A DNA stretch of 64,000 nucleotides from NCBI GenBank assembly GCA_031292755.1, contig JARLGM010000008.1, forward strand, positions 21,602 to 85,601, written 5' to 3'. The translations under genes and the position numbers were made by a program. The stretch's first letter is position 1; each line of letters begins with the position of its first letter. The notes under the pieces are model-generated. The model had not been told where the DNA came from, ran no database searches, and was given only the letters and a program-made list of their open reading frames with translations. Below are positions 15,830 to 24,078 of this stretch, piece by piece. This DNA is from Candidatus Sulfopaludibacter sp. Its GTDB lineage: Bacteria > Acidobacteriota > Terriglobia > Bryobacterales > Bryobacteraceae.

Positions 15830-18556
15830 CTACTTGGCCCAGCTTTCGATTTCCTGCATGGTCAGAGATTGCTTCGGCTGGAATTTGTCGCCGGCGGCGT
15901 AGTCGAGAAGGCTTCGGAGGAGTTGCCGGGCGACGGGACGGTGTTCTAAGCCGGTGGCGAGATCGAAGGAGACGGCCAGGAGTTTGCCTTTGCCTGCGGC
16001 TGCTTCCACCACGGCGCCGAGTTTGTGATTGCGATGGAAGTCGTCGATCACCTGGATGATGGGGCGGAAGGCCAGGGGCGTCTGGTCCAGGATGAATGCG
16101 TGGGAGCCTTCGGTGAGTTCCCAATATTGCCAGTCTGAGTGGCTGGCGGTGGGGAATCCGGCGAGCGCGGGATGGGTGGGGTCGCAGAAGATACCCATGG
16201 TGCCGGGTTGATTGTCGAAGTAGCCGTTGGACCAGAAGACGGGCAGAAAACGCATGGGCTGCGGGCCGGGCCCTTTCTGCTGCGCGGGCGTCAGCAGCAC
16301 AACTTTGCGGCCTTGATTCAGGGCGCTCTCCGCGGCGGCATCGAACGCCGTGGCGATCAGTACGCCGGGCGGCGCGGGCGCGGGGGCTGGCTTAGGATAC
16401 ACCCACACGTCCCAACTGTTGATGGCTTCGGTGCCGGCCAGGGCGATGGTGATTTTCCAATGCGCGGCACGGGCGGAAGTAAGTGGCAAGCTGATATCGC
16501 CCAATGCGGTGACGGTGCCGGGCGGGATGTCGGTATGGGGAAAATCTCCCGACGCGATGGCGCGGCCGTCGTCATCGGTCACGCGCCAGGACGGCGCGGC
16601 ATCGGCGAGTGGCTCGCGTCCGTAGTGCGCGACCTCGGCGTGCGCGGTGAAGGACTCACCGGCGGTCCACACGAATGTTTTCATGCGCAGAAGAGGGACG
16701 GTGGCGCTGGAGAACCGGCGGAACTCCTCGGGCGTGAGGATGCCTTTGGAATCCCAAAAGGAATCCAGCAGGCCCACCAGCGCCTCGCCCTGTCCGGGGA
16801 AGTCTTCCAATTGCAGCAGGAAGAAGCCTCCGTAACCGGGCGTGCGGAGGGCGGCTTCCATATCCTCTTTATACACGGCCCACGAGAATTTACCGGACGC
16901 GATTTGAAACTCGCGGGCCTGGTCGATCATGCCGCGGGCGGCGAGCGAATCGCGGAACGGCTCCAGATTGCGGGCCTTGAGCACGCCGGTGTATTTGCCG
17001 ATCTCGCTGAAATCGGGGTAGACGGCCCACTGTCCCAACTCGTGGCTGACCAGCGGCACGGGCACGGCGGCGACGGAATCAGCGAAATCGCGATCGGTGC
17101 CCTCTTCGGTTTTGGTGAAGCGGGTTCCGTTAATGCGCAGGCGGCCGGCGGAGGTCTGCTGGGTCACGTAATAGTCGGAGGTGGCGCCGGGAACGCGGCG
17201 GCGGTGGTCGGCGGAGAAGGTGTAGAGGCGGCGGGGGTCGGCCTTTTTGAATTCGGCGACCAGGTCGTCCATGAACTTGTCGTCGCCGATCAGCTCGTTG
17301 CCGAGACAGAGCATGGTGAAGGAAGGATGATTGCCGTACGTCTTGAGAATGCGGTAGCCTTCGGCGCGCATGTAGTCGCTGAGCACGGGATCTTTGCCGA
17401 CAGTCTTGTTCCAGACGGGCAGCTCGACGTGTAGAAGGAAGCCGGTGCGGTCGGCGGCGATAAACGCGGCCTCGGGCGGGCAGTAGGAGTGGAAGCGGAA
17501 GGCGTTCAGGCCGTAGGAGCGGGCGATGCGGAAGATGCGCTCCCAGGCTGCGACGCCGGTGGGCGGATAGCCGGTAAGCGGCCAGATATTGCACTCCAAT
17601 GTGCCGCGCAGGAACACGGGCCGGCCGTTCAGCAGGAACTGGGTGCCGCGCGTGGCTATGGTGCGGAGTCCGAAGGGAATGGCGCGGCGATCGCTGAAAT
17701 GACCAGCAGTCAGCGATAGCTCCAGGGTGTAGAGCGTGGGTTCAAACTCGTCCCACGGTTTGGCGGCGGGCACGGAGAGGGTGAAAGAGACGGTGCGCCC
17801 AGCGGCGGTTTGCGTGAAGTGCGCGCTGGTGGAGGCTCCGGCAGCGCGAGCGGTCAGGTCTCCCGAGACGGCGGCGCCGGTGGCGTTGCGAATGGCGCAC
17901 GTGATGTGAAGCGTCTTCTGCGCGGCGTCGGTGGCAATGCTGGTGGCATCGATCCAGACGGGGTCTGTGGCGCGCAGCGAGATTTCGCCGGCGATGCCGT
18001 TCCAATTGGTTTGCGTGTGTTCGGTGAGGCTGTGGGCATTGCGGCCGACATCGATCTTGTACGAGTTGTCCACGCACAGGGTGATGCGGTGGGGGCCGGG
18101 TTTGAGGGCCTCGCTGAGCTCGTACTCGTGCGCCGTGGAGAGACTGTTGTGCATACCGGCGGCGATGCCATCGACCCACACTTCGGTCTGCCAGTGGGGG
18201 CGCTCCAGAAAGAGCGAGATGTGCAAGCCCCGCCAACTCTCCGGGATGACGACATCCTTCTGATACCACGCGGGACCTTCGTACTTGTAAGGCCGGGTGA
18301 GCCAGCCGGTATCGGGCACGATCACCTTGACGCCGAAGCCGCCCTGGTCCGTGCTGCCTGGCAGGAAGATCACGCCGGGGCCGATGGTCCGCATGTAGCG
18401 CTCATCGGCATGGCCCTTGTTATCGGGGTCCAGCGAGAAGGCCCAGGAGCCGGCCAGGTCGATATGCCGGGAGTCCGCGGCGAACAGGCCGGAGGAAAGA
18501 AGAAGCGGGAGAATCAGTTTCAGCAGCTTCAAAAATCGAGAGTAACATTTTTCCAT
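15830..18556 (-). CDS. Secreted glycoside hydrolase family 2-like enzyme
   Basis: 908 aa with signal peptide LKLILPLLLSSGLFAADS. N-terminal sugar-binding-domain pattern (WAFSLDP...GPAWYQKDV), TIM-barrel motifs NAFRFHSY, MLCLGNELIGD (acid/base-like NE) and SHELGQW. Confidence 0.8.
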   Translation of the reverse strand: MEKCYSRFLKLLKLILPLLLSSGLFAADSRHIDLAGSWAFSLDPDNKGHADERYMRTIGPGVIFLPGSTDQGGFGVKVIVPDTGWLTRPYKYEGPAWYQKDVVIPESWRGLHISLFLERPHWQTEVWVDGIAAGMHNSLSTAHEYELSEALKPGPHRITLCVDNSYKIDVGRNAHSLTEHTQTNWNGIAGEISLRATDPVWIDATSIATDAAQKTLHITCAIRNATGAAVSGDLTARAAGASTSAHFTQTAAGRTVSFTLSVPAAKPWDEFEPTLYTLELSLTAGHFSDRRAIPFGLRTIATRGTQFLLNGRPVFLRGTLECNIWPLTGYPPTGVAAWERIFRIARSYGLNAFRFHSYCPPEAAFIAADRTGFLLHVELPVWNKTVGKDPVLSDYMRAEGYRILKTYGNHPSFTMLCLGNELIGDDKFMDDLVAEFKKADPRRLYTFSADHRRRVPGATSDYYVTQQTSAGRLRINGTRFTKTEEGTDRDFADSVAAVPVPLVSHELGQWAVYPDFSEIGKYTGVLKARNLEPFRDSLAARGMIDQAREFQIASGKFSWAVYKEDMEAALRTPGYGGFFLLQLEDFPGQGEALVGLLDSFWDSKGILTPEEFRRFSSATVPLLRMKTFVWTAGESFTAHAEVAHYGREPLADAAPSWRVTDDDGRAIASGDFPHTDIPPGTVTALGDISLPLTSARAAHWKITIALAGTEAINSWDVWVYPKPAPAPAPPGVLIATAFDAAAESALNQGRKVVLLTPAQQKGPGPQPMRFLPVFWSNGYFDNQPGTMGIFCDPTHPALAGFPTASHSDWQYWELTEGSHAFILDQTPLAFRPIIQVIDDFHRNHKLGAVVEAAAGKGKLLAVSFDLATGLEHRPVARQLLRSLLDYAAGDKFQPKQSLTMQEIESWAK

Positions 18557-18565
18557 TGACGCAGC

Positions 18566-18590
18566 GGTGTACTACGGGTAATAATACACC
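18566..18590. promoter_or_regulatory. Inverted repeat GGTGTA-N13-TACACC; candidate operator of the adjacent YtrA-type regulator
   Basis: GGTGTA 18566-18571 and TACACC 18585-18590. It sits in the tiny divergent region between the GH2 gene and the GntR gene and overlaps a -10-like AATAAT (18580-18585). Confidence 0.4.
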
Positions 18591-18591
18591 T

Positions 18592-18984
18592 GTGATACCC
18601 TTCCGGGTGGCCTTCAAACCGGGCAGCTCGCTCTACGAGCAGGTGGTTTATGCGGCTAAAAAGGCCCTCATCTCCGGGCAGTTGCGGCCGGGCGACGCGT
18701 TCCCCTCGGTGCGCACCATCAGCACGGAGCTAAAAATCAATCCGAACACGGCGCACAAGGTGATCACGCACCTGCTGAACGAAGGACTGCTGGAGGTGCG
18801 TCCCGGCATGGGCACGGTGGTGGCGACGCCGCCGGCATCCACCGCCGCGGCGCGAACGCGGCTGCTGGATAACGAACTGGAGCAACTGGTGGTAGAGGCG
18901 AAGAGGCTGTCGATGAGCCTGGAACAGGTGGCGGGCGCGCTGGCCGCACACTGGCATCGCCTGGACGGGAAGGAGAGGAAATGA
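18592..18984 (+). CDS. GntR-family transcriptional regulator, YtrA subfamily
   Basis: Winged-HTH pattern LYEQVVYAAKKALISGQLRPGDAFPSVRTISTELKINPNTAHKVITHLLNEGLLEVRPGMGTVV with a short C-terminal helical tail. The ORF opens at TTG 18556; GTG 18592 is preferred because 18556 would overlap the divergent GH2 start codon. Confidence 0.8.
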   Translation: MIPFRVAFKPGSSLYEQVVYAAKKALISGQLRPGDAFPSVRTISTELKINPNTAHKVITHLLNEGLLEVRPGMGTVVATPPASTAAARTRLLDNELEQLVVEAKRLSMSLEQVAGALAAHWHRLDGKERK

Positions 18985-19880
18985 GCTCGGTAATTCGCAC
19001 GGAAGCGTTGTGCAAGCATTTCCGCCACACGGAAGCGCTGCGGGACCTGGCTCTGGACGTGCCCGCGGGCAGCATCTACGCCCTCGTCGGTCCGAACGGC
19101 GCGGGCAAGACGACCACCATCAAGGTGCTGATGAACATTTTGCGGCCGAGCGGCGGGCATAGCGAAGTCTTGGACGTGGATTCCCGCAGGCTGGGACCGG
19201 CGGAGTTCGCGCGCATCGGGTACGTTTCCGAAAACCAGGAGATGCCGGAGTGGATGACGGTCGAGTATTTTTTGCGCTTCCTGCGGCCGTTCTATCCCAC
19301 CTGGGACGAAGCGCTGGCCGGGGAACTGCTGCGGCAGTTCGAGTTGCCGCGCGACCGCAAGCTACGCCAGCTCTCGCGAGGCATGCGGATGAAGACCGCG
19401 CTGGCGTCGTCGCTGGCCTACCGGCCCGAGCTGATTGTGCTGGACGAGCCGTTCACGGGGCTGGACGCGCTGGTGCGCGATGAGTTGATCGAAGGTCTGC
19501 TGGCGCGCGCCGAGAATACTACGATTCTGATTTCGTCGCATGACCTGGCGGAGATAGAAAGCTTCGCCAGTCACGTGGGCTATCTGGAGCGGGGGCGGCT
19601 GCGATTTTCCGAGGAATTGGACACCCTGACGGGGCGCTTCCGCGAGGTGGTCCTTACATTCGACGGGCCGCGGCCGGTGCCGCCGCAACTGCCGCGCTCG
19701 TGGGTGCAGGTGGAGACGATCGGGCCGGTGATTCGTTTCGTAGATACGGAGTTCGATGCCGAGCGCACGCCTGCCACGGTGCGCGGCCTGTTTCCGGACG
19801 TCCGCGATATTGCCGGAAACGGCATGCCTCTCCGCTCCATCTTCGTCGCACTGGCGAAAGTCGGCCGTGCCGCCGCTTAG
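18981..19880 (+). CDS. ABC transporter ATP-binding protein (ABC-2/YtrB-like)
   Basis: Walker A GPNGAGKTTT, signature-like LSRGMRMK, Walker B LIVLDEPFTGLD, H-loop SSHDL. ATGA overlap with the regulator gene. Confidence 0.9.
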   Translation: MSSVIRTEALCKHFRHTEALRDLALDVPAGSIYALVGPNGAGKTTTIKVLMNILRPSGGHSEVLDVDSRRLGPAEFARIGYVSENQEMPEWMTVEYFLRFLRPFYPTWDEALAGELLRQFELPRDRKLRQLSRGMRMKTALASSLAYRPELIVLDEPFTGLDALVRDELIEGLLARAENTTILISSHDLAEIESFASHVGYLERGRLRFSEELDTLTGRFREVVLTFDGPRPVPPQLPRSWVQVETIGPVIRFVDTEFDAERTPATVRGLFPDVRDIAGNGMPLRSIFVALAKVGRAAA

Positions 19881-19888
19881 AGAACGCC

Positions 19889-21418
19889 ATGCGAGAAGCT
19901 CTGCTGATTTTTCGCAAAGACGTGGCACACCGGCAGGGGGCCGTGAGCGCCTTCCTTCTGCTGGTGATTGCGCGCATGGCGATCGACATCCTCTTGCCCC
20001 GGCACAGCGGGTTGGCCGGTGCGCAGATGGTCCTCGGACTTGTCTTTGTGGTGGCGGCGATCGGGTTGATGTACGATGCCGTCAAACAAGAGACTATCGT
20101 GGGCGACGGACAATACTGGCTGACGCGTCCGTTCCCGTGGGGCAGCATTCTCGCGGCGAAGGCTCTCTTCATTCTTTTGTTGATCCTGTTGCCGGTGTTC
20201 CTGACGGGAACCGTCGCGGTGGCGGTCAACGGCGTATCGCCGGTCATCGCCAGCCCGCTTCTGGTGATTTTGGCGCTCGCCGGCGCATTCGTGGTGACGG
20301 TAGCCTCAGTCACCAGAACCCCCGTGCAGTTTATTCTCTGCGTAGTGGCGTACGTGGTTCTGTCCGTCCTTTCGACTCCCGTCATGGAGCATCTGTTCGG
20401 CTACGAAACTGGCATGTGGGGAAGCGCCCAGACGGTGCGATACGCCGCGGACACCGCCCTATACCTCGCGGTGACGGCAGCGGTAATCTTCCTGCAATAC
20501 CGGCGCCGGGCCACACCCGTTTCGCGCGGTGTGCTGGGCGCAGGACTCCTGGTATTGGTAATTGGCTTACCTGGCTGGCACCCTGCCTTTGCGCTTCTCG
20601 AGAAGCTCAAAGGTCCCGGGCCCAGCGGCAGCGTGCAAATCGCTTTCGATGCGGCGCGGTCCCCGCAGGTCTCGCCGGGCGGCTGGAGCAATGTCACCAC
20701 GTACGACGCAGTCGGCGTCAGGATTCCAATCGCCATTGCAGGCATTCCCGCCGGTGCCCACCTCATGATGGAGCGCGTCCGCACCACCATCGATGCGCCC
20801 GGCGGCGGCCATTGGGACTCCGGCTGGAGCTTGGTTGGCGGCATTGTGGGGCGGACGGAACTTGGGGCCGGCCAGCGCCTCATCGACGCGCGCAACGACT
20901 ATTGGCTCGAATTGAACGTCGACAGTTCGTTTTATGACCGCGCGAAATTGCAGGAGGCGCCCGTGCGCGTGCGGAGCACCGCGGCGTTTGCGACCCTGTC
21001 CGCGCCCCGGATCGACCGCATGCCCATACCCAGCACAGCGTACCGTATGGGCCCCGGCGATCTGTGTTCGGTCTCCATCCCCGACGGAATCCAACTCGTG
21101 ATTACTTGTCTCTCGGCGTCCGGCGGAGATTTGACCGATGCCACCTTTGCCTTGACCGACGGGAAGCGCGCCGAAGGATTCGGCACGCGTCTCGGCGGAC
21201 TTTCGGCCTGGACCGTTTTCTCCACAGCCATTACCGGGCTCGGTCTGATGGAACCGACCCCCAGCGGCCAGGTGCGCGCGTTTTTTACGGGTCCGACCAT
21301 GGTGGAAATTGCAAAGCGAGATACCACCGGCTATTTCGAACGCAGCTTGACGATCGACAACATTCGCTTAGGACCGTACGAAGCCGGCCGCTCCGGTCCA
21401 AGGAGTCTGGTATGGTAA
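19889..21418 (+). CDS. ABC-2-type permease-like membrane protein with a large C-terminal extracytoplasmic domain (paralog 1)
   Basis: ATG 19889 lies 8 nt after the ATPase stop. The N-terminal part (about 240 aa) has about 6 helices and the motif GDGQYWLTRPFPW...AAK. The C-terminal part (about 270 aa) is non-hydrophobic. Confidence 0.75.
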   Translation: MREALLIFRKDVAHRQGAVSAFLLLVIARMAIDILLPRHSGLAGAQMVLGLVFVVAAIGLMYDAVKQETIVGDGQYWLTRPFPWGSILAAKALFILLLILLPVFLTGTVAVAVNGVSPVIASPLLVILALAGAFVVTVASVTRTPVQFILCVVAYVVLSVLSTPVMEHLFGYETGMWGSAQTVRYAADTALYLAVTAAVIFLQYRRRATPVSRGVLGAGLLVLVIGLPGWHPAFALLEKLKGPGPSGSVQIAFDAARSPQVSPGGWSNVTTYDAVGVRIPIAIAGIPAGAHLMMERVRTTIDAPGGGHWDSGWSLVGGIVGRTELGAGQRLIDARNDYWLELNVDSSFYDRAKLQEAPVRVRSTAAFATLSAPRIDRMPIPSTAYRMGPGDLCSVSIPDGIQLVITCLSASGGDLTDATFALTDGKRAEGFGTRLGGLSAWTVFSTAITGLGLMEPTPSGQVRAFFTGPTMVEIAKRDTTGYFERSLTIDNIRLGPYEAGRSGPRSLVW

Positions 21419-22806
21419 CCGCGCGCAAGATCGCCGTGCTGGCGCTCAAAGATCTCCGGCATATCTGGCCGCACCTGCTGGTGGTATTGCCGCTGATGTT
21501 CGTGTTCGCCACGAACGACCTCGATCTTCTGACGCGCCACAGAACCGTTCTGGTGACCACGGCGTGGCAACTCCTGTTCCTGGCAACGCCGGTCGCCATC
21601 TGGAGCCTGGTAGCGGCGCTCGTCCATAGCGAACCGCTCGTCGGCGACCGGCAATACTGGCTGACTCGCCCATTCACCTGGTATCACCTGGCGGCCGCGA
21701 AGCTGACGGTCCTCGCGATCTGCATCGACATCCCGCTGTTCCTGTTTCAAGCGATCGCCCTGGGGGCCGCTGGAATCTCGCCGGTCGCGTATCTGCCGGA
21801 CCTGCTGTGGCGCCAGGTGTTCTTCTCGGTATTCCTGCTCTTGCCCGCCGCCGCACTGGCCGCCGTGACCCGGACGCAGGGTCAGTTCGCGCTGGTGGTC
21901 CTGCTGGTGGCTGGCCCATTTGCCGGCTGGGCGTGGCTGGCCGGGCACGGACAATATATCGATGGTGCGCAATGGGTCGATGCCTGTGCCCTCGCAATGG
22001 TTCTGTGCGCCGGGTCGTGCGCGATTCTCCTGCTGCAATACTCCCAGCGGCGGGCGGCGCTGTCCCGGACCCTGTTCGCCTTCACTGCCCTCTTGTGCAT
22101 CGTCTATCTCCTGGTCCCGCAGCAGGCGGTATACGGAGTCCTGGCATCCGGCGCGAGCATCCGGCCCTCCCTGGATCGCAGCGTAAAATACCCCGCGGGC
22201 GACTGGCGCTTCCGGCGGACTGAAGCCATCGAACTGCCCCTGGCGGCGGAAGGCTTGCCCGCGGGCTCCGAGTTGACCCTGAACAACTATCGGATGATTG
22301 TGGAGTGCCCTGCGCTGCCGGGATTCCGGACCGGCGTGAATTCGGCGCGTTTGCACGGTTGGAGCGGACAAGCCGGATTCCTGCAAATCGTTCTCGACCC
22401 GCGCGAGTATAGGATGCTGAGCACGCGCGAGGTCACCATCCAGGGACGCCTCTATCTCACTCTGATGAGCCGGGAGCAAGTTCTCGACACCGCCCCCGAT
22501 ACTCTGCGCATTCCCGGCTTCGGCATTTGCACGCGGAGCCGCGCACTGTGCCTGTCGCCCGGGCCGCACGCCTCGCTCAGCTTCATTCGGGACCGCGGCG
22601 AACAGCGCCCCGACCAGTACGGCCGCATCGTTCCGCTGTCCGACACCTATGCGCCGTTTCCGGTGTCGCCCTGGCTCTATCCGCTGGACGCCTACCATTA
22701 CGACCCCACCTACAGCTTCCTGGTGGTAGAGCGGCCCGCAGGGCGCTTCCGGTTCGACTTCAACTTCCAGCACTTGCGATTGGATGATTTTGCCCGTCCG
22801 TTTTGA
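21412..22806 (+). CDS. ABC-2-type permease-like membrane protein with a large C-terminal extracytoplasmic domain (paralog 2)
   Basis: SD AAGGAG (21400-21405) with ATG 21412, overlapping the previous stop (ATGGTAA). Same architecture as paralog 1, with motif GDRQYWLTRPFTW...AAAK. Confidence 0.75.
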   Translation: MVTARKIAVLALKDLRHIWPHLLVVLPLMFVFATNDLDLLTRHRTVLVTTAWQLLFLATPVAIWSLVAALVHSEPLVGDRQYWLTRPFTWYHLAAAKLTVLAICIDIPLFLFQAIALGAAGISPVAYLPDLLWRQVFFSVFLLLPAAALAAVTRTQGQFALVVLLVAGPFAGWAWLAGHGQYIDGAQWVDACALAMVLCAGSCAILLLQYSQRRAALSRTLFAFTALLCIVYLLVPQQAVYGVLASGASIRPSLDRSVKYPAGDWRFRRTEAIELPLAAEGLPAGSELTLNNYRMIVECPALPGFRTGVNSARLHGWSGQAGFLQIVLDPREYRMLSTREVTIQGRLYLTLMSREQVLDTAPDTLRIPGFGICTRSRALCLSPGPHASLSFIRDRGEQRPDQYGRIVPLSDTYAPFPVSPWLYPLDAYHYDPTYSFLVVERPAGRFRFDFNFQHLRLDDFARPF

Positions 22807-22857
22807 GCCATAGTTTACAAAGATTTCGCTATTTCTTTGCTAGAGTGGGAGTGTTGG

Positions 22858-24078
22858 GTGTCTCTCGTGCGGCTATCCTTAATACTCCTTCTGTGTGGAA
22901 CCACGTTTCTTGTTCCAGCCTGTAAGCAGCAACCGGCTCAGCAGGCGAATCCCATGGCGGCGGGCATGCCGGCTACCCCGGTCTCAGTGGCCAAGGCGGT
23001 GCAGGAGGCGGTGCCTACCGAACTGCGCGTCGTCGGAACAGGCGAAGCATCCGCCATGGTGCAGGTGAAATCGCAGATCGCGGGCGAACTGGTCAGCGTC
23101 GATTTCGCCGAAGGCCAGAACGTCAGCAAGGGCCAACTGCTTTTTAAGATCGACTCGCGCCCTTACGAAGACGCGCTCCGCCAGGCCCAGGCGACGGCGG
23201 AACGGGATCGCGCGCAGATTGCGCAGGCGGAAGCTTCTGTGGCGCGCGACACCGCGCAGGTGAAATTTGCCGACAGCGATGCCAAGCGGCAGGCGGAGTT
23301 GCAACAGGGTGGGCTCACGCCGCGGTCCACTTTCGACCAGGCGCAATCCACGGCCGAAGCCGCGCGCGCCACGGTGAACGCCACCAAAGCTACCATCGAT
23401 ACCGCCAAGGCATCGCTCCAGGCGGATGAAGCCGCGGTCTCCGCCGCCAAGTTGAACCTGAGCTACTGCGATATTCCCGCGCCCATTTCCGGGCGAACCG
23501 GGAACCTTTTGGTACATGCCGGCAACCTGGTGAAGGTCAACGATGTGCCGCTGGTGGTGATCAACCAAATCGCTCCCCTGTTCGTCAATTTCAATGTGCC
23601 CGAACAGCACTTAGGAGCCATTCGTCGTCTCAATGCGTCGCATCCCTTAACCGTGCGCGTTTTTTCCCAGGATGCACCGGAGCGCATCGTCACGGGCCAC
23701 CTGGCAACCATCGACAACACGGTGGATACGACCACCGGCACGATCCATCTGAAAGCCACCTTCGATAACCGGGACGGGATGCTGTGGCCGGGTGAATTCG
23801 TTACCGTGATCCTGACGCTGGACACCATCCGGAACGCCACGGTGATCCCCGCCGAGGCCGTGCAGTCGAGCCAGCAGGGGCAGTTCGTTTACACCGTGAA
23901 GCCGGACAATCACGTGGAGATTCGGCCGGTGACGCTAGGCGCGACGACCGGCAACAGGACCGTGGTGGAGAAGGGCATTTCGCCTGGAGACACCGTGGTG
24001 ATCGACGGGCAGTTACGGCTGTTCCCCGGCGCCGAGGTCAAGGCGGTGGAGGAATCCAAGCCAGCGGGGCGCCCATGA
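22858..24078 (+). CDS. RND efflux periplasmic adaptor (membrane fusion protein), lipoprotein-type
   Basis: Lipobox-like LVPAC. Coiled-coil hairpin region rich in AQ/AE repeats, plus family motifs (YCDIPAPISGRTG, VVINQIAPLFVNFNVPE). GGGAG precedes GTG 22858; TTG 22837 is an alternative start. Confidence 0.85.
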   Translation: MSLVRLSLILLLCGTTFLVPACKQQPAQQANPMAAGMPATPVSVAKAVQEAVPTELRVVGTGEASAMVQVKSQIAGELVSVDFAEGQNVSKGQLLFKIDSRPYEDALRQAQATAERDRAQIAQAEASVARDTAQVKFADSDAKRQAELQQGGLTPRSTFDQAQSTAEAARATVNATKATIDTAKASLQADEAAVSAAKLNLSYCDIPAPISGRTGNLLVHAGNLVKVNDVPLVVINQIAPLFVNFNVPEQHLGAIRRLNASHPLTVRVFSQDAPERIVTGHLATIDNTVDTTTGTIHLKATFDNRDGMLWPGEFVTVILTLDTIRNATVIPAEAVQSSQQGQFVYTVKPDNHVEIRPVTLGATTGNRTVVEKGISPGDTVVIDGQLRLFPGAEVKAVEESKPAGRP

